A stretch of DNA of 64,000 nt from Nanobdellota archaeon. GTDB lineage: Archaea; Nanobdellota; Nanobdellia; Woesearchaeales; DATDXC01. The stretch spans positions 14,877-78,876 of the forward strand of contig JBDRFR010000069.1 in the NCBI GenBank assembly GCA_043818675.1. The letters run 5' to 3'. The position numbers and the translations under genes are program-made. The notes under the pieces were generated by a model. That model was given only the letters and a program-made list of their open reading frames with translations. It was not told the origin of the DNA and searched no databases. Of the stretch, positions 1 to 7,535 are shown piece by piece (the first letter of the stretch is position 1; every line of letters starts with the position of its first letter).

Positions 1-1679
1 AAATAGGATAAAGCTACTCTGGACATGAATTTATCTAAGTAGTTGTAAGCAAAAGAGGGGGCAAAAGTCTCACAGATTCCGTAAGTTATCGCTCCCATAA
101 AAAAACCTGCAAATCCAAGACCAGCTCCACCTAGTATTGTAGCCACATATGCAGACTCTTCAACCTTTTCTTTATCAAAATCTTTAAGTTTTGGGATTTT
201 GCTAAATATTGTAGATATTAATTTCCCATAACACTTATCGACCGCGCTGTAGACTGCTCTAATCCTTAATATAGGTTCAAATGACCTGAACCTTTGACTG
301 CTGAACTGGTCTATTTTTGTAAAATTATTTGCTATCCATGTTTCGTTCAATGAACCATCTTTATTGAATAACGTTGACTTGATAAATTCCCTATAATCTG
401 TAATTCTTGATTCAAGCGAGAAGGTTTTAAGGTCAGGTGATCTGCCTTGTGAAAGTAACCTGCTTTTATGCTCTGCATACATCAACACATATTTTAAAAC
501 TGGATCGTCAGTTACAATGTCCCTGCTAAGAATTGTATCAAGTTCATTGCAGTTTATTGCACCTTTATAACCAATACTCTTAACAGACTTTAGCCGGATC
601 CGGTGAGAAAGCAAATCAAGCCTGCCGTAATCCGCCTTTGTCAGATAACCTTCAACTTTTTCTTCCTTAAAACACACTGTATCAGGGATTTCAGGGTTCA
701 ATGGCTTGTTGATTTTTTCTGTCCGGGCGCCGTCCAAATGCAGATAGATTGGTGTTTCAACATAACAACAGTCCTCTTTTAAAATTCTTACAACCCTGTC
801 AAAATCCACTTCAGAATCAGCTGAAAGGTTAATCTCGGTTGTAGTACCTGGTACGGTTCTCTGCGAGGCTGTAAAACCCTCTCTGTAAAGGTTTTTGTCG
901 ACGCTTGTCCTACCACCCAACCCATCTTCAGTCAGGCTGTCAAGTGTGACTGATTCATGGCCTAATGCGTAGCAGCTGCCTACACCTGCTCCGAATTTAC
1001 CTGCTGCATGAGCCAAAAACCGATTTAGCGACTCACCAAAATTAAAATATACCTTTTCCATCACTTCCGGAGTCATACCGCATCCGTTATCGGCAACTCT
1101 AATGATCCTATTTTCTCTGTCCAGGTAAACATCAATCCTATGCTTAGCAGGGTCTGATGCAGCTGCTGCAGAATTTTGTATCAATTCCCGTATGAAGTAT
1201 TCAATATGTTCAAATTGACCGGTTATTATCCTTTTAATGAATTCCAAAAGCTGAACTGTATCTGAAACACCATCTGCATTAAATGTTTCAGCCAGTTGAG
1301 AAAGTCTTGACTGATTATCAAACCTTCTTACTGATTCCTGCTCAATTGCTGCTTCTAAGTTTCTTAGTTGTGTTTCATATCTGCTCTTAAAACCATTGCT
1401 TGCATAAATATGAGCCAGTGCGTTTCCAAGTTTTTTCCCAGGTAAAATATATCCTTCAATTTGTTCTCCATCAATCTGAAACTTACCATAAGAATAATAT
1501 CTTTTAAGAACATCCGGAAGATGGGCCACTAATAATTGCGTTTGCGGATATCTTTCTTTTAAATCTTCAGCAACTTCAAGATTCTTAACTACAGCTAAAG
1601 AAGGAAGGTCAATATTATGAAGTACTTCTTTTCCTCTAAATTCATTCTTCAAAATAGTATACAGCCTTGAAAGTACCAT
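1..1679 (-). CDS. GHKL/Hsp90-like ATPase domain protein, partial (C-terminus runs off the left window edge)
   Basis: Own translation of the minus strand from the ATG at 1679 gives an uninterrupted frame to position 1. Motifs 'FIRELIQNSAAAASD', 'DNGCGMT' and 'GKFGAGVGSCYALG' correspond to the N-, G1- and G2-boxes of the Bergerat fold (HSP90/HtpG-like). A hydrophobic Gly-rich stretch lies near the window edge. No competing ORF in the six-frame track over this span. Confidence 0.55.
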   Translation of the reverse strand, partial: MVLSRLYTILKNEFRGKEVLHNIDLPSLAVVKNLEVAEDLKERYPQTQLLVAHLPDVLKRYYSYGKFQIDGEQIEGYILPGKKLGNALAHIYASNGFKSRYETQLRNLEAAIEQESVRRFDNQSRLSQLAETFNADGVSDTVQLLEFIKRIITGQFEHIEYFIRELIQNSAAAASDPAKHRIDVYLDRENRIIRVADNGCGMTPEVMEKVYFNFGESLNRFLAHAAGKFGAGVGSCYALGHESVTLDSLTEDGLGGRTSVDKNLYREGFTASQRTVPGTTTEINLSADSEVDFDRVVRILKEDCCYVETPIYLHLDGARTEKINKPLNPEIPDTVCFKEEKVEGYLTKADYGRLDLLSHRIRLKSVKSIGYKGAINCNELDTILSRDIVTDDPVLKYVLMYAEHKSRLLSQGRSPDLKTFSLESRITDYREFIKSTLFNKDGSLNETWIANNFTKIDQFSSQRFRSFEPILRIRAVYSAVDKCYGKLISTIFSKIPKLKDFDKEKVEESAYVATILGGAGLGFAGFFMGAITYGICETFAPSFAYNYLDKFMSRVALSY

Positions 1680-1808
1680 ATTATGTTAAGATAAAAGGTA
1701 CTATTTATAAATCTTTCGATTTTGTTACCACCTCATAATGATTACAAAATAGGACATTATCAGACAAACTAATCTAATTTAAATATGATAAATTAATTCC
1801 TGATTATA

Positions 1809-2078
1809 ATGAGCCAATGGTATAGAATAACCTCAAATTATAGCGGGCCAGTAAATGGCGATGCAGGATTTAGACTAATCTATGAACAAAATCCGCTTGA
1901 AGCAATAGCTAAAGCTAGAAAGCTGCATATTGTACATCAGCATGAAAATAGAAAGGTAGGTGCACATCCGTTGACTGCATCAGAAGCAGCCAGTTTAGAG
2001 TGCCTGATCAAAATATCTGGCTATTCTATCAGAAAAGCACGACAAAGTGGATATACCATTAATCCGATTAAAAGATAA
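1809..2078 (+). CDS. hypothetical small protein (89 aa)
   Basis: ORF in the six-frame track with no recognisable motif. It lies in an otherwise non-coding AT-rich spacer. Confidence 0.25.
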   Translation: MSQWYRITSNYSGPVNGDAGFRLIYEQNPLEAIAKARKLHIVHQHENRKVGAHPLTASEAASLECLIKISGYSIRKARQSGYTINPIKR

Positions 2079-2481
2079 TAATTGATTATTTTTACAATAA
2101 CTTTGAACCAGGGATTATTTTAAGTCTCAAGCTCAAGTTAGGGGTTAAAAATTCGATTGATTAACATTCGTTCTGAAATATTGATAATTCCATTAAAGAT
2201 ACAAGAGTGTTTGTTTGCCTAAAGATAACTCAGGAATTGAAAGTTTCTAGTGAAATTTCCAATAAAAAAGATTCCATACTATCCCTTAAAAAATTTCCAA
2301 CTAAGTGAGGATGAATTAACCCACTAAATTTCTTTTAAGATATGCAATAACCAAATACTATCCATTTCTCAGAATTACCTTTAAAAAACCAAAAACTTTA
2401 TAAATAAGTAGAATAATTTATACTAGTAATAATAACAATATAAATAATATTAACAATATAAGTTATTTAGGTTATATTTAT

Positions 2482-2700
2482 ATGTTAACAGAAAAGGAAA
2501 TAGAAGTATTAAAACTTAGAAAAAAGGGTTTAAAGCAGACAGATATAGCCAAAAGCCTCTCGATTTCTCAGCCTGCTGTCTCTGCTTTTGAGCGCAGTAT
2601 TTCACGCAAGATAAAGTCTTCAATAAGAATCATCTATTTTCTAAAAGAGGAAAAAATCGATCCGGTAAAATATTCTAAACGAGTCAAAAATGTTTACTGA
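2482..2700 (+). CDS. Tfx-type / sigma-70 region-4-like HTH DNA-binding protein (72 aa)
   Basis: 'LTEKEIEVLKLRKKGLKQTDIAKSLSISQPAVSAFERSISRKI' matches the archaeal Tfx N-terminal HTH pattern (LTE.Q..VL.LR..GL.Q.EIA..L..S..NVS..E). It overlaps the next paralog by 11 nt. Confidence 0.5.
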   Translation: MLTEKEIEVLKLRKKGLKQTDIAKSLSISQPAVSAFERSISRKIKSSIRIIYFLKEEKIDPVKYSKRVKNVY

Positions 2701-2881
2701 TAAAGAGATACAAGTGCTAAAGCTAAGAAAAAAAGGGTTAAAACAGATAGAGATAGCAAAAGCGCTGAATATTTCCCAGCCTGCTATATCATCTTTTGAA
2801 CAAAACATTGCCCGCAAGATAAGATCTTCAGTTGAGGTATTAGGATTAGTCAAAGAGCTGGGCATTGATATTGAAAAATGA
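2690..2881 (+). CDS. Tfx-type HTH DNA-binding protein, tandem paralog (63 aa)
   Basis: 'FTDKEIQVLKLRKKGLKQIEIAKALNISQPAISSFEQNIARKI' is clearly paralogous to 2482..2700. Its stop overlaps the start of the 751-aa gene by 4 nt (ATGA), indicating an operon. Confidence 0.5.
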   Translation: MFTDKEIQVLKLRKKGLKQIEIAKALNISQPAISSFEQNIARKIRSSVEVLGLVKELGIDIEK

Positions 2882-5133
2882 ATAAACCTAGAAAACACAA
2901 AAGCGATGTAATATTTCTGCTAATTGCACTAATAGCTTTGATTGTCATAGGCCTGTATATAGGCCCTGCTTATACAGGCTATGTTACATCAGTCAAGACT
3001 TTCACTTATACAGACTCGCTTGGTATTGAAACAAACAAAAGCATTGACAGGTTATGGATCGTCAATAACGCAACTGAAATGAATTCAGTTAGTCTAAGCG
3101 GCAGTGTTTCACTAGAAGGCACTGCTAAAGTATATATTGAATCAGACAGCATATCTTATCTGATTTTTGACTCTGAACTGGTAAAAGAAACCCAGGGCTT
3201 ATCAGCTATTACAACCATTATACCTTTTGAATCAAGCAATGTAAATCTAGAGTACTGTCCTGGCTCTGTATACGATTCAGACAATGACGGTGTTGAAAAT
3301 ACAAACGCGATTATTGACTTCACAGTAAACCAAAGCGGCTTTTCACTAAATAGAAATAATCTATGCACCAGATGGTCTGTCTTAAGCTTAGACAACGGCA
3401 CAAAAACAACTGTTTGTTACGGCGACAGGCTGTGCTGCAATTTCATCGGTCTTGTTCCTTCTGCAGCATCATGGGATAATGTATTCTACCTGAATTATGG
3501 CGCATATAGTTCAACTTACAATAATATTGTAAGTGCCCAGATAATCTCTGTCGACTACAATTTAAGTTTAGATAACCCTTATACAAACATTAGTTATTCA
3601 GATTCTGAAAATTTGTCAGCATCATTTATCCCTGCCAGCGTATCTTTTAACGATATTTGCATAGAAACCTGCTCAGTGAATTTCAACGGATCTATGTATA
3701 ATCTGATTATTGAAGCAGACGGAGCCAGTATAAATCTTGATACAATAAGTTATACCTCCTTAAAAGAGATACCCAACACTGCCCCTGTCTTTGACCATAT
3801 CCCATCATTTAAGATTGATAAAGAGCTAAAGATCAATTTATCCGATTACGCGTCTGACCTGGACAACGACACATTAGATTTTATTGCCTCTCCTGCTGAT
3901 AATCTGTCAATCCGCATTTCAGGGAGTATAGCATCCATTATGCCTGATACATCGTTTATCGGCAAGAGATATATCTACTTTGTAGCAAATGATACTATTG
4001 ATATTGCAGTTTCCAACACAATTGAGATTAACGTTGGAAGGGATGTAGTTGTCAACAAGTCAGAATCAATTAAGCAAGGTGTAGCTGTTATCGGTAAGCC
4101 AGTAAGATGGGTAAAAAGCATCAAGCTTAACGATTCAGTCTATAATATCAGCGTCAACATATCTGATGATGCTATTAATTTTTCTGTTAAGAACGTAAGG
4201 TATGGCTTATCTGAGAGTATTAACTCAAGCAGCATAAAAGTCATCGATAATGGAAAAGAAAAGAACGTAACAGAATACATTAACGATAAAAAAGTAGAGA
4301 TCCTTGAAAAAAAGATCCAGAAATTAGAAGACGCAAAAAAATACAAAACCAAAAAAGAACTTACAGAGATAAACCAAAGATTAACCGACTATAAAAATGA
4401 AAAGAATAAGATAACTGGATATGCAGTCAGTCAACAATATGAAGGTATATTAACCAGGTTATATGATTGGATTTTTAATGTTGGCATAACAGGCAATGTT
4501 GTATTCGAACAAAACCAATCTTCAGCAAACAATACCCAGCTGATCATTGGCGAAGTGGTTGAAGAGTTAGAGATCGAATACTATACAGAAGGTCCGATCG
4601 CAACAGAAATCAATATTTCGCCTGATAAGAAACAGATCATTGTAAGTTCTGATATACACTATGAAAATATCCTGACTTATACCTACCTGCAGCCAGAAGC
4701 AGAAAGAAACGCATTAAAACTCTTCTGGCTTGTAAATGACACTAAAAAACAGGTTAACTTTTCAGCATTTGATACAGACTCAGACGGCTTAATTGACTAT
4801 ATACAATGGATAACGCCAAGCCTTTCTAACCAGACTTATGAATTAGAGATAACAGTATTAAACGTTCAGTCGTATCCGACAGTCGGCGGGAACTGGACTG
4901 TAGAGTTTGAAACTTCTGGCAGCGCAAATCTGACCATTAGTGCTTATTCACAAACAACATTTGCAGAAATTTATGATAATTCATCAACAGAAGATGACCT
5001 GGAATTTTTAGAAGTGAAATGTAATTCTACAATTTTGAATGCTTCTGTTGTTCTAGAAGATGGTACTGTTGTTCCATATGAAGTTTATCTGAAAATTAAA
5101 AGGATCAAAGAGATTGATGAGGTGCTTAGATGA
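2878..5133 (+). CDS. membrane-anchored surface protein (751 aa)
   Basis: N-terminal TM/signal anchor 'VIFLLIALIALIVIGLYIG'. Cys-rich N-domain 'CTRWSVLSLDNGTKTTVCYGDRLCCNFIGL...FYLNYGAYS', shared with the 1342-aa protein at 58418..62446. Cadherin-like segment 'APVFDHIPSFKIDKELKINLSDYASDLDNDTLDF'. Coiled-coil stretch. Many NxS/T sequons. Confidence 0.75.
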   Translation: MNKPRKHKSDVIFLLIALIALIVIGLYIGPAYTGYVTSVKTFTYTDSLGIETNKSIDRLWIVNNATEMNSVSLSGSVSLEGTAKVYIESDSISYLIFDSELVKETQGLSAITTIIPFESSNVNLEYCPGSVYDSDNDGVENTNAIIDFTVNQSGFSLNRNNLCTRWSVLSLDNGTKTTVCYGDRLCCNFIGLVPSAASWDNVFYLNYGAYSSTYNNIVSAQIISVDYNLSLDNPYTNISYSDSENLSASFIPASVSFNDICIETCSVNFNGSMYNLIIEADGASINLDTISYTSLKEIPNTAPVFDHIPSFKIDKELKINLSDYASDLDNDTLDFIASPADNLSIRISGSIASIMPDTSFIGKRYIYFVANDTIDIAVSNTIEINVGRDVVVNKSESIKQGVAVIGKPVRWVKSIKLNDSVYNISVNISDDAINFSVKNVRYGLSESINSSSIKVIDNGKEKNVTEYINDKKVEILEKKIQKLEDAKKYKTKKELTEINQRLTDYKNEKNKITGYAVSQQYEGILTRLYDWIFNVGITGNVVFEQNQSSANNTQLIIGEVVEELEIEYYTEGPIATEINISPDKKQIIVSSDIHYENILTYTYLQPEAERNALKLFWLVNDTKKQVNFSAFDTDSDGLIDYIQWITPSLSNQTYELEITVLNVQSYPTVGGNWTVEFETSGSANLTISAYSQTTFAEIYDNSSTEDDLEFLEVKCNSTILNASVVLEDGTVVPYEVYLKIKRIKEIDEVLR

Positions 5134-5200
5134 GGCAAATACATATAAATTACAATATACAACTTAGTATGTACATATATACAACTATAGGTGAGAGGAT

Positions 5201-5704
5201 ATGATACCCAAAGGAAAAGATGCTCTTGAAAAGGAATATAGCAGGTGTTTAAATAAAAAAACATTTGTAAAAATCAGTAATGCAAGTTATATAGATTATC
5301 TAGATGAAGCATACTTTGATTTAAATTCTGCAGAGAAGGATACAGATGAAAAATGGGCTATAACTAAAGCATATCAAGCTTTGTTTTTGACTTGTAACGC
5401 ATTATTAGTCCGAAAGCTTGGATACTATTCAAAGGATCATAGTTGCGTTATTATTTCTTTAATGAGAAATAATATTATTTCTGAAAATACCCTTGAAAAA
5501 ATTAAGGATATGCTAAATGAAAAAAGAAAATTATTTTCAGAACTGCAAAGTAAAAATAATTTATTTGATGAAATATCAAATATTAGGATTACAAGGAATA
5601 AATATCTGTACCTTCCAAAGACTCAGAGAAGGTTAAAGAGTTCTGTAAAAGGAATAATTGAGGAAGTAAAGGAATTGATCAAAATTCTGGGTGATATAGA
5701 ATGA
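5201..5704 (+). CDS. hypothetical alpha-helical protein, possible HEPN-like partner of the downstream nucleotidyltransferase (tentative)
   Basis: 167-aa ORF whose stop overlaps the start of the MNT gene (ATGA at 5701..5704), a typical TA-pair arrangement. No canonical Rx4-6H motif was found, so the HEPN call is weak. Confidence 0.3.
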   Translation: MIPKGKDALEKEYSRCLNKKTFVKISNASYIDYLDEAYFDLNSAEKDTDEKWAITKAYQALFLTCNALLVRKLGYYSKDHSCVIISLMRNNIISENTLEKIKDMLNEKRKLFSELQSKNNLFDEISNIRITRNKYLYLPKTQRRLKSSVKGIIEEVKELIKILGDIE

Positions 5705-6303
5705 TCAGTGAAATACTGCCGCTTACCAAAAATAAACTTGAGATTTTTAAATATATTTACGAGAAAAAAGGGTCTCATCTTTTGGATATATCAAAAAATC
5801 TAAAAATACACCCTTATAGTGTTCAAAAGACCTTAAAGTCTATTAAGAAATTGTTTGTCGAGAAAAAAGCAGGAAGGACAATTATTTTGTCACTTGATAA
5901 GAACCTTCCAGGTTATTTTGAACTTCTTTATCTAATTGAGGACTATAAGCTTACAATTGATAGTAAAGATTTGAAAATACTGATAAGAAATCTGAAAGAA
6001 TTCTTCTCCAAAGATAAAAATGTGCTAAGTTGTGTTTTGTTTGGGTCATTTGCGCGGAATGTTTCTGGTGAAGATATTGATTTACTATTTTTGGTTAAGA
6101 AGAGATCAGATTATGTTATTGAAAAATGTTCCCAGCTTTCAACATTATTTGGAAAAGAAGTATCTCCTTTAGTCATGTTAGAAAAGGAGTTCAAGTCTGC
6201 TTTACAAAGTAAAGAGCCAACTATTATATCGATATTGGAGCCTTCTCAGCGGCTTTTGGTTGTCGGAAAAGAATACTTTTTGAGGTTTAGTTATGATGGA
6301 TAA
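5701..6303 (+). CDS. winged-HTH + minimal nucleotidyltransferase (MNT, Pol-beta superfamily) protein
   Basis: 'VLFGSFARNVSGEDIDLLFLV' gives the GS...DxD nucleotidyltransferase signature. N-terminal HTH-like region 'LEIFKYIYEKKGSHLLDISKNLKIHPYSVQKTL'. Confidence 0.65.
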   Translation: MISEILPLTKNKLEIFKYIYEKKGSHLLDISKNLKIHPYSVQKTLKSIKKLFVEKKAGRTIILSLDKNLPGYFELLYLIEDYKLTIDSKDLKILIRNLKEFFSKDKNVLSCVLFGSFARNVSGEDIDLLFLVKKRSDYVIEKCSQLSTLFGKEVSPLVMLEKEFKSALQSKEPTIISILEPSQRLLVVGKEYFLRFSYDG

Positions 6304-7225
6304 GATAAACTGTAAATGTTGTGCAGGCGAAAATATTGTAAAGAGAGGATTAAGAAGGTTAAAAAAGAGTACTAAGCAGGTTTATTTCTGCAAAGATTGT
6401 AATCATAGATTCTCCTTAGGGCTAAGTAAGAAAAAATTTGATATTAAGGTAATTTTGACTGCAGTTTCTGCTTATGCTCAAGGATATAACTATTCTGAAG
6501 TTTATGACTTGATATCAAGAAAAAGTAAAGTTATTGTTTCAAAAAGTTCTGTTGAGAGGTGGGTCAAAGAGTTTGATCTGGGTTATTTTGCTATTAGAGA
6601 GAGGATTGTTAAAAAGTATGGTTCAGATTTATTTATCCAAAAGATGTTTAAGCATTCTGGTTTAGTTTATAATTTCAAATTTCATAAAGGAAAATTAAAT
6701 GAGTTTGGCAAATTTGATGGGCTGAAAAAGTTTATTGTTTCTGTTGGGAAAGGAATTGATGATAAATTGTTTAATTCTTCTGCCAATAGATGTTCTCAGA
6801 CTAAAACAGATGTTTCTGTTGATGTTAAGGTTTATGTGAGTAAATTGAATAAAGTTGTTGGAGATGCTTTAAAAGTTGTTAGAAGTAATAAACAAAGGCA
6901 TTCTGTTGTTGAAAAGCTGATGCTGCATTGTGATAGAGATACTGTTGCAGTTGAAGTTCCTGTTTGGTACTGGGATAAGAAAAAAAATATTTCTGTTTGT
7001 GGACATATTGATATTTTACAGGTTAAGTTTGGGAAGGTTTGGATTTTTGATTATAAGCCAAATGCTGGATCTGAGAATTATGATTCTGTTGTTTCGCAGT
7101 TGTTTAATTATGCTCTTGGAATTTCGTTTAGGTCAGGTGTTAAGTTATCGGAAATCAAATGCGGTTGGTTTGATGAAGTTAAGATGTACGTTTTTGATTC
7201 AGATAAGGTGAGGATTCATGGTTAA
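6293..7225 (+). CDS. zinc-ribbon / HTH / PD-(D/E)xK nuclease-like protein
   Basis: N-terminal 'CKCC...CKDCNH' zinc ribbon. Central HTH-like segment 'VIVSKSSVERWVKEF' resembling a transposase N-terminus. C-terminal 'GHIDILQV...WIFDYKP' is compatible with a D...(D/E)xK restriction-endonuclease-fold motif. Overlaps the MNT gene by 11 nt. Confidence 0.45.
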   Translation: MMDKINCKCCAGENIVKRGLRRLKKSTKQVYFCKDCNHRFSLGLSKKKFDIKVILTAVSAYAQGYNYSEVYDLISRKSKVIVSKSSVERWVKEFDLGYFAIRERIVKKYGSDLFIQKMFKHSGLVYNFKFHKGKLNEFGKFDGLKKFIVSVGKGIDDKLFNSSANRCSQTKTDVSVDVKVYVSKLNKVVGDALKVVRSNKQRHSVVEKLMLHCDRDTVAVEVPVWYWDKKKNISVCGHIDILQVKFGKVWIFDYKPNAGSENYDSVVSQLFNYALGISFRSGVKLSEIKCGWFDEVKMYVFDSDKVRIHG

Positions 7226-7535
7226 GGAAATTAAAATGAGTAGTAGGCCCGTCTATCCTACTGACCGTATCAAAGGCACGGGGTTCGTCAGGACCTGTTC
7301 CTCAATGAGTAATAAGATTATGGGGCATATAAAATTTTTGGAAAAAATGGATGGATTTAATGTAAACTGTTTAAAGAAAATTATGCCACGATTCTGGGAA
7401 AAAAATGTCTCTATGATGGGAACTAAAATAGGTCTCGATATTGGGAAAAGTTTTGGATTTTTTGAATTGGTTTTAGAGTTTATTAAGGTTGGATTAAGTT
7501 TATTTTGCATAAAAGAGGTTGATTATGGCTGCTAG
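7218..7535 (+). CDS. hypothetical small protein (105 aa) overlapping the start of the giant gene
   Basis: ORF with a GGTGAGG Shine-Dalgarno-like motif upstream. No motifs. It overlaps the giant ORF start by 17 nt. Confidence 0.2.
   Translation: MVKEIKMSSRPVYPTDRIKGTGFVRTCSSMSNKIMGHIKFLEKMDGFNVNCLKKIMPRFWEKNVSMMGTKIGLDIGKSFGFFELVLEFIKVGLSLFCIKEVDYGC

Noticed and set aside
2079-2481. Looked for tRNA/ncRNA genes in the 400-nt AT-rich spacer (and in 62749..63196)
   Set aside because: No GC-rich stems or cloverleaf-compatible segments were found. The composition is >80% A+T with homopolymer runs. More likely promoter or operator DNA.
6930-7211. 93-aa + strand ORF nested in the 6293..7225 gene
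   Set aside because: Alternate frame of a better-supported longer ORF. Its translation is hydrophobic low-complexity (L/I/F-rich), typical of an off-frame in AT-rich DNA.
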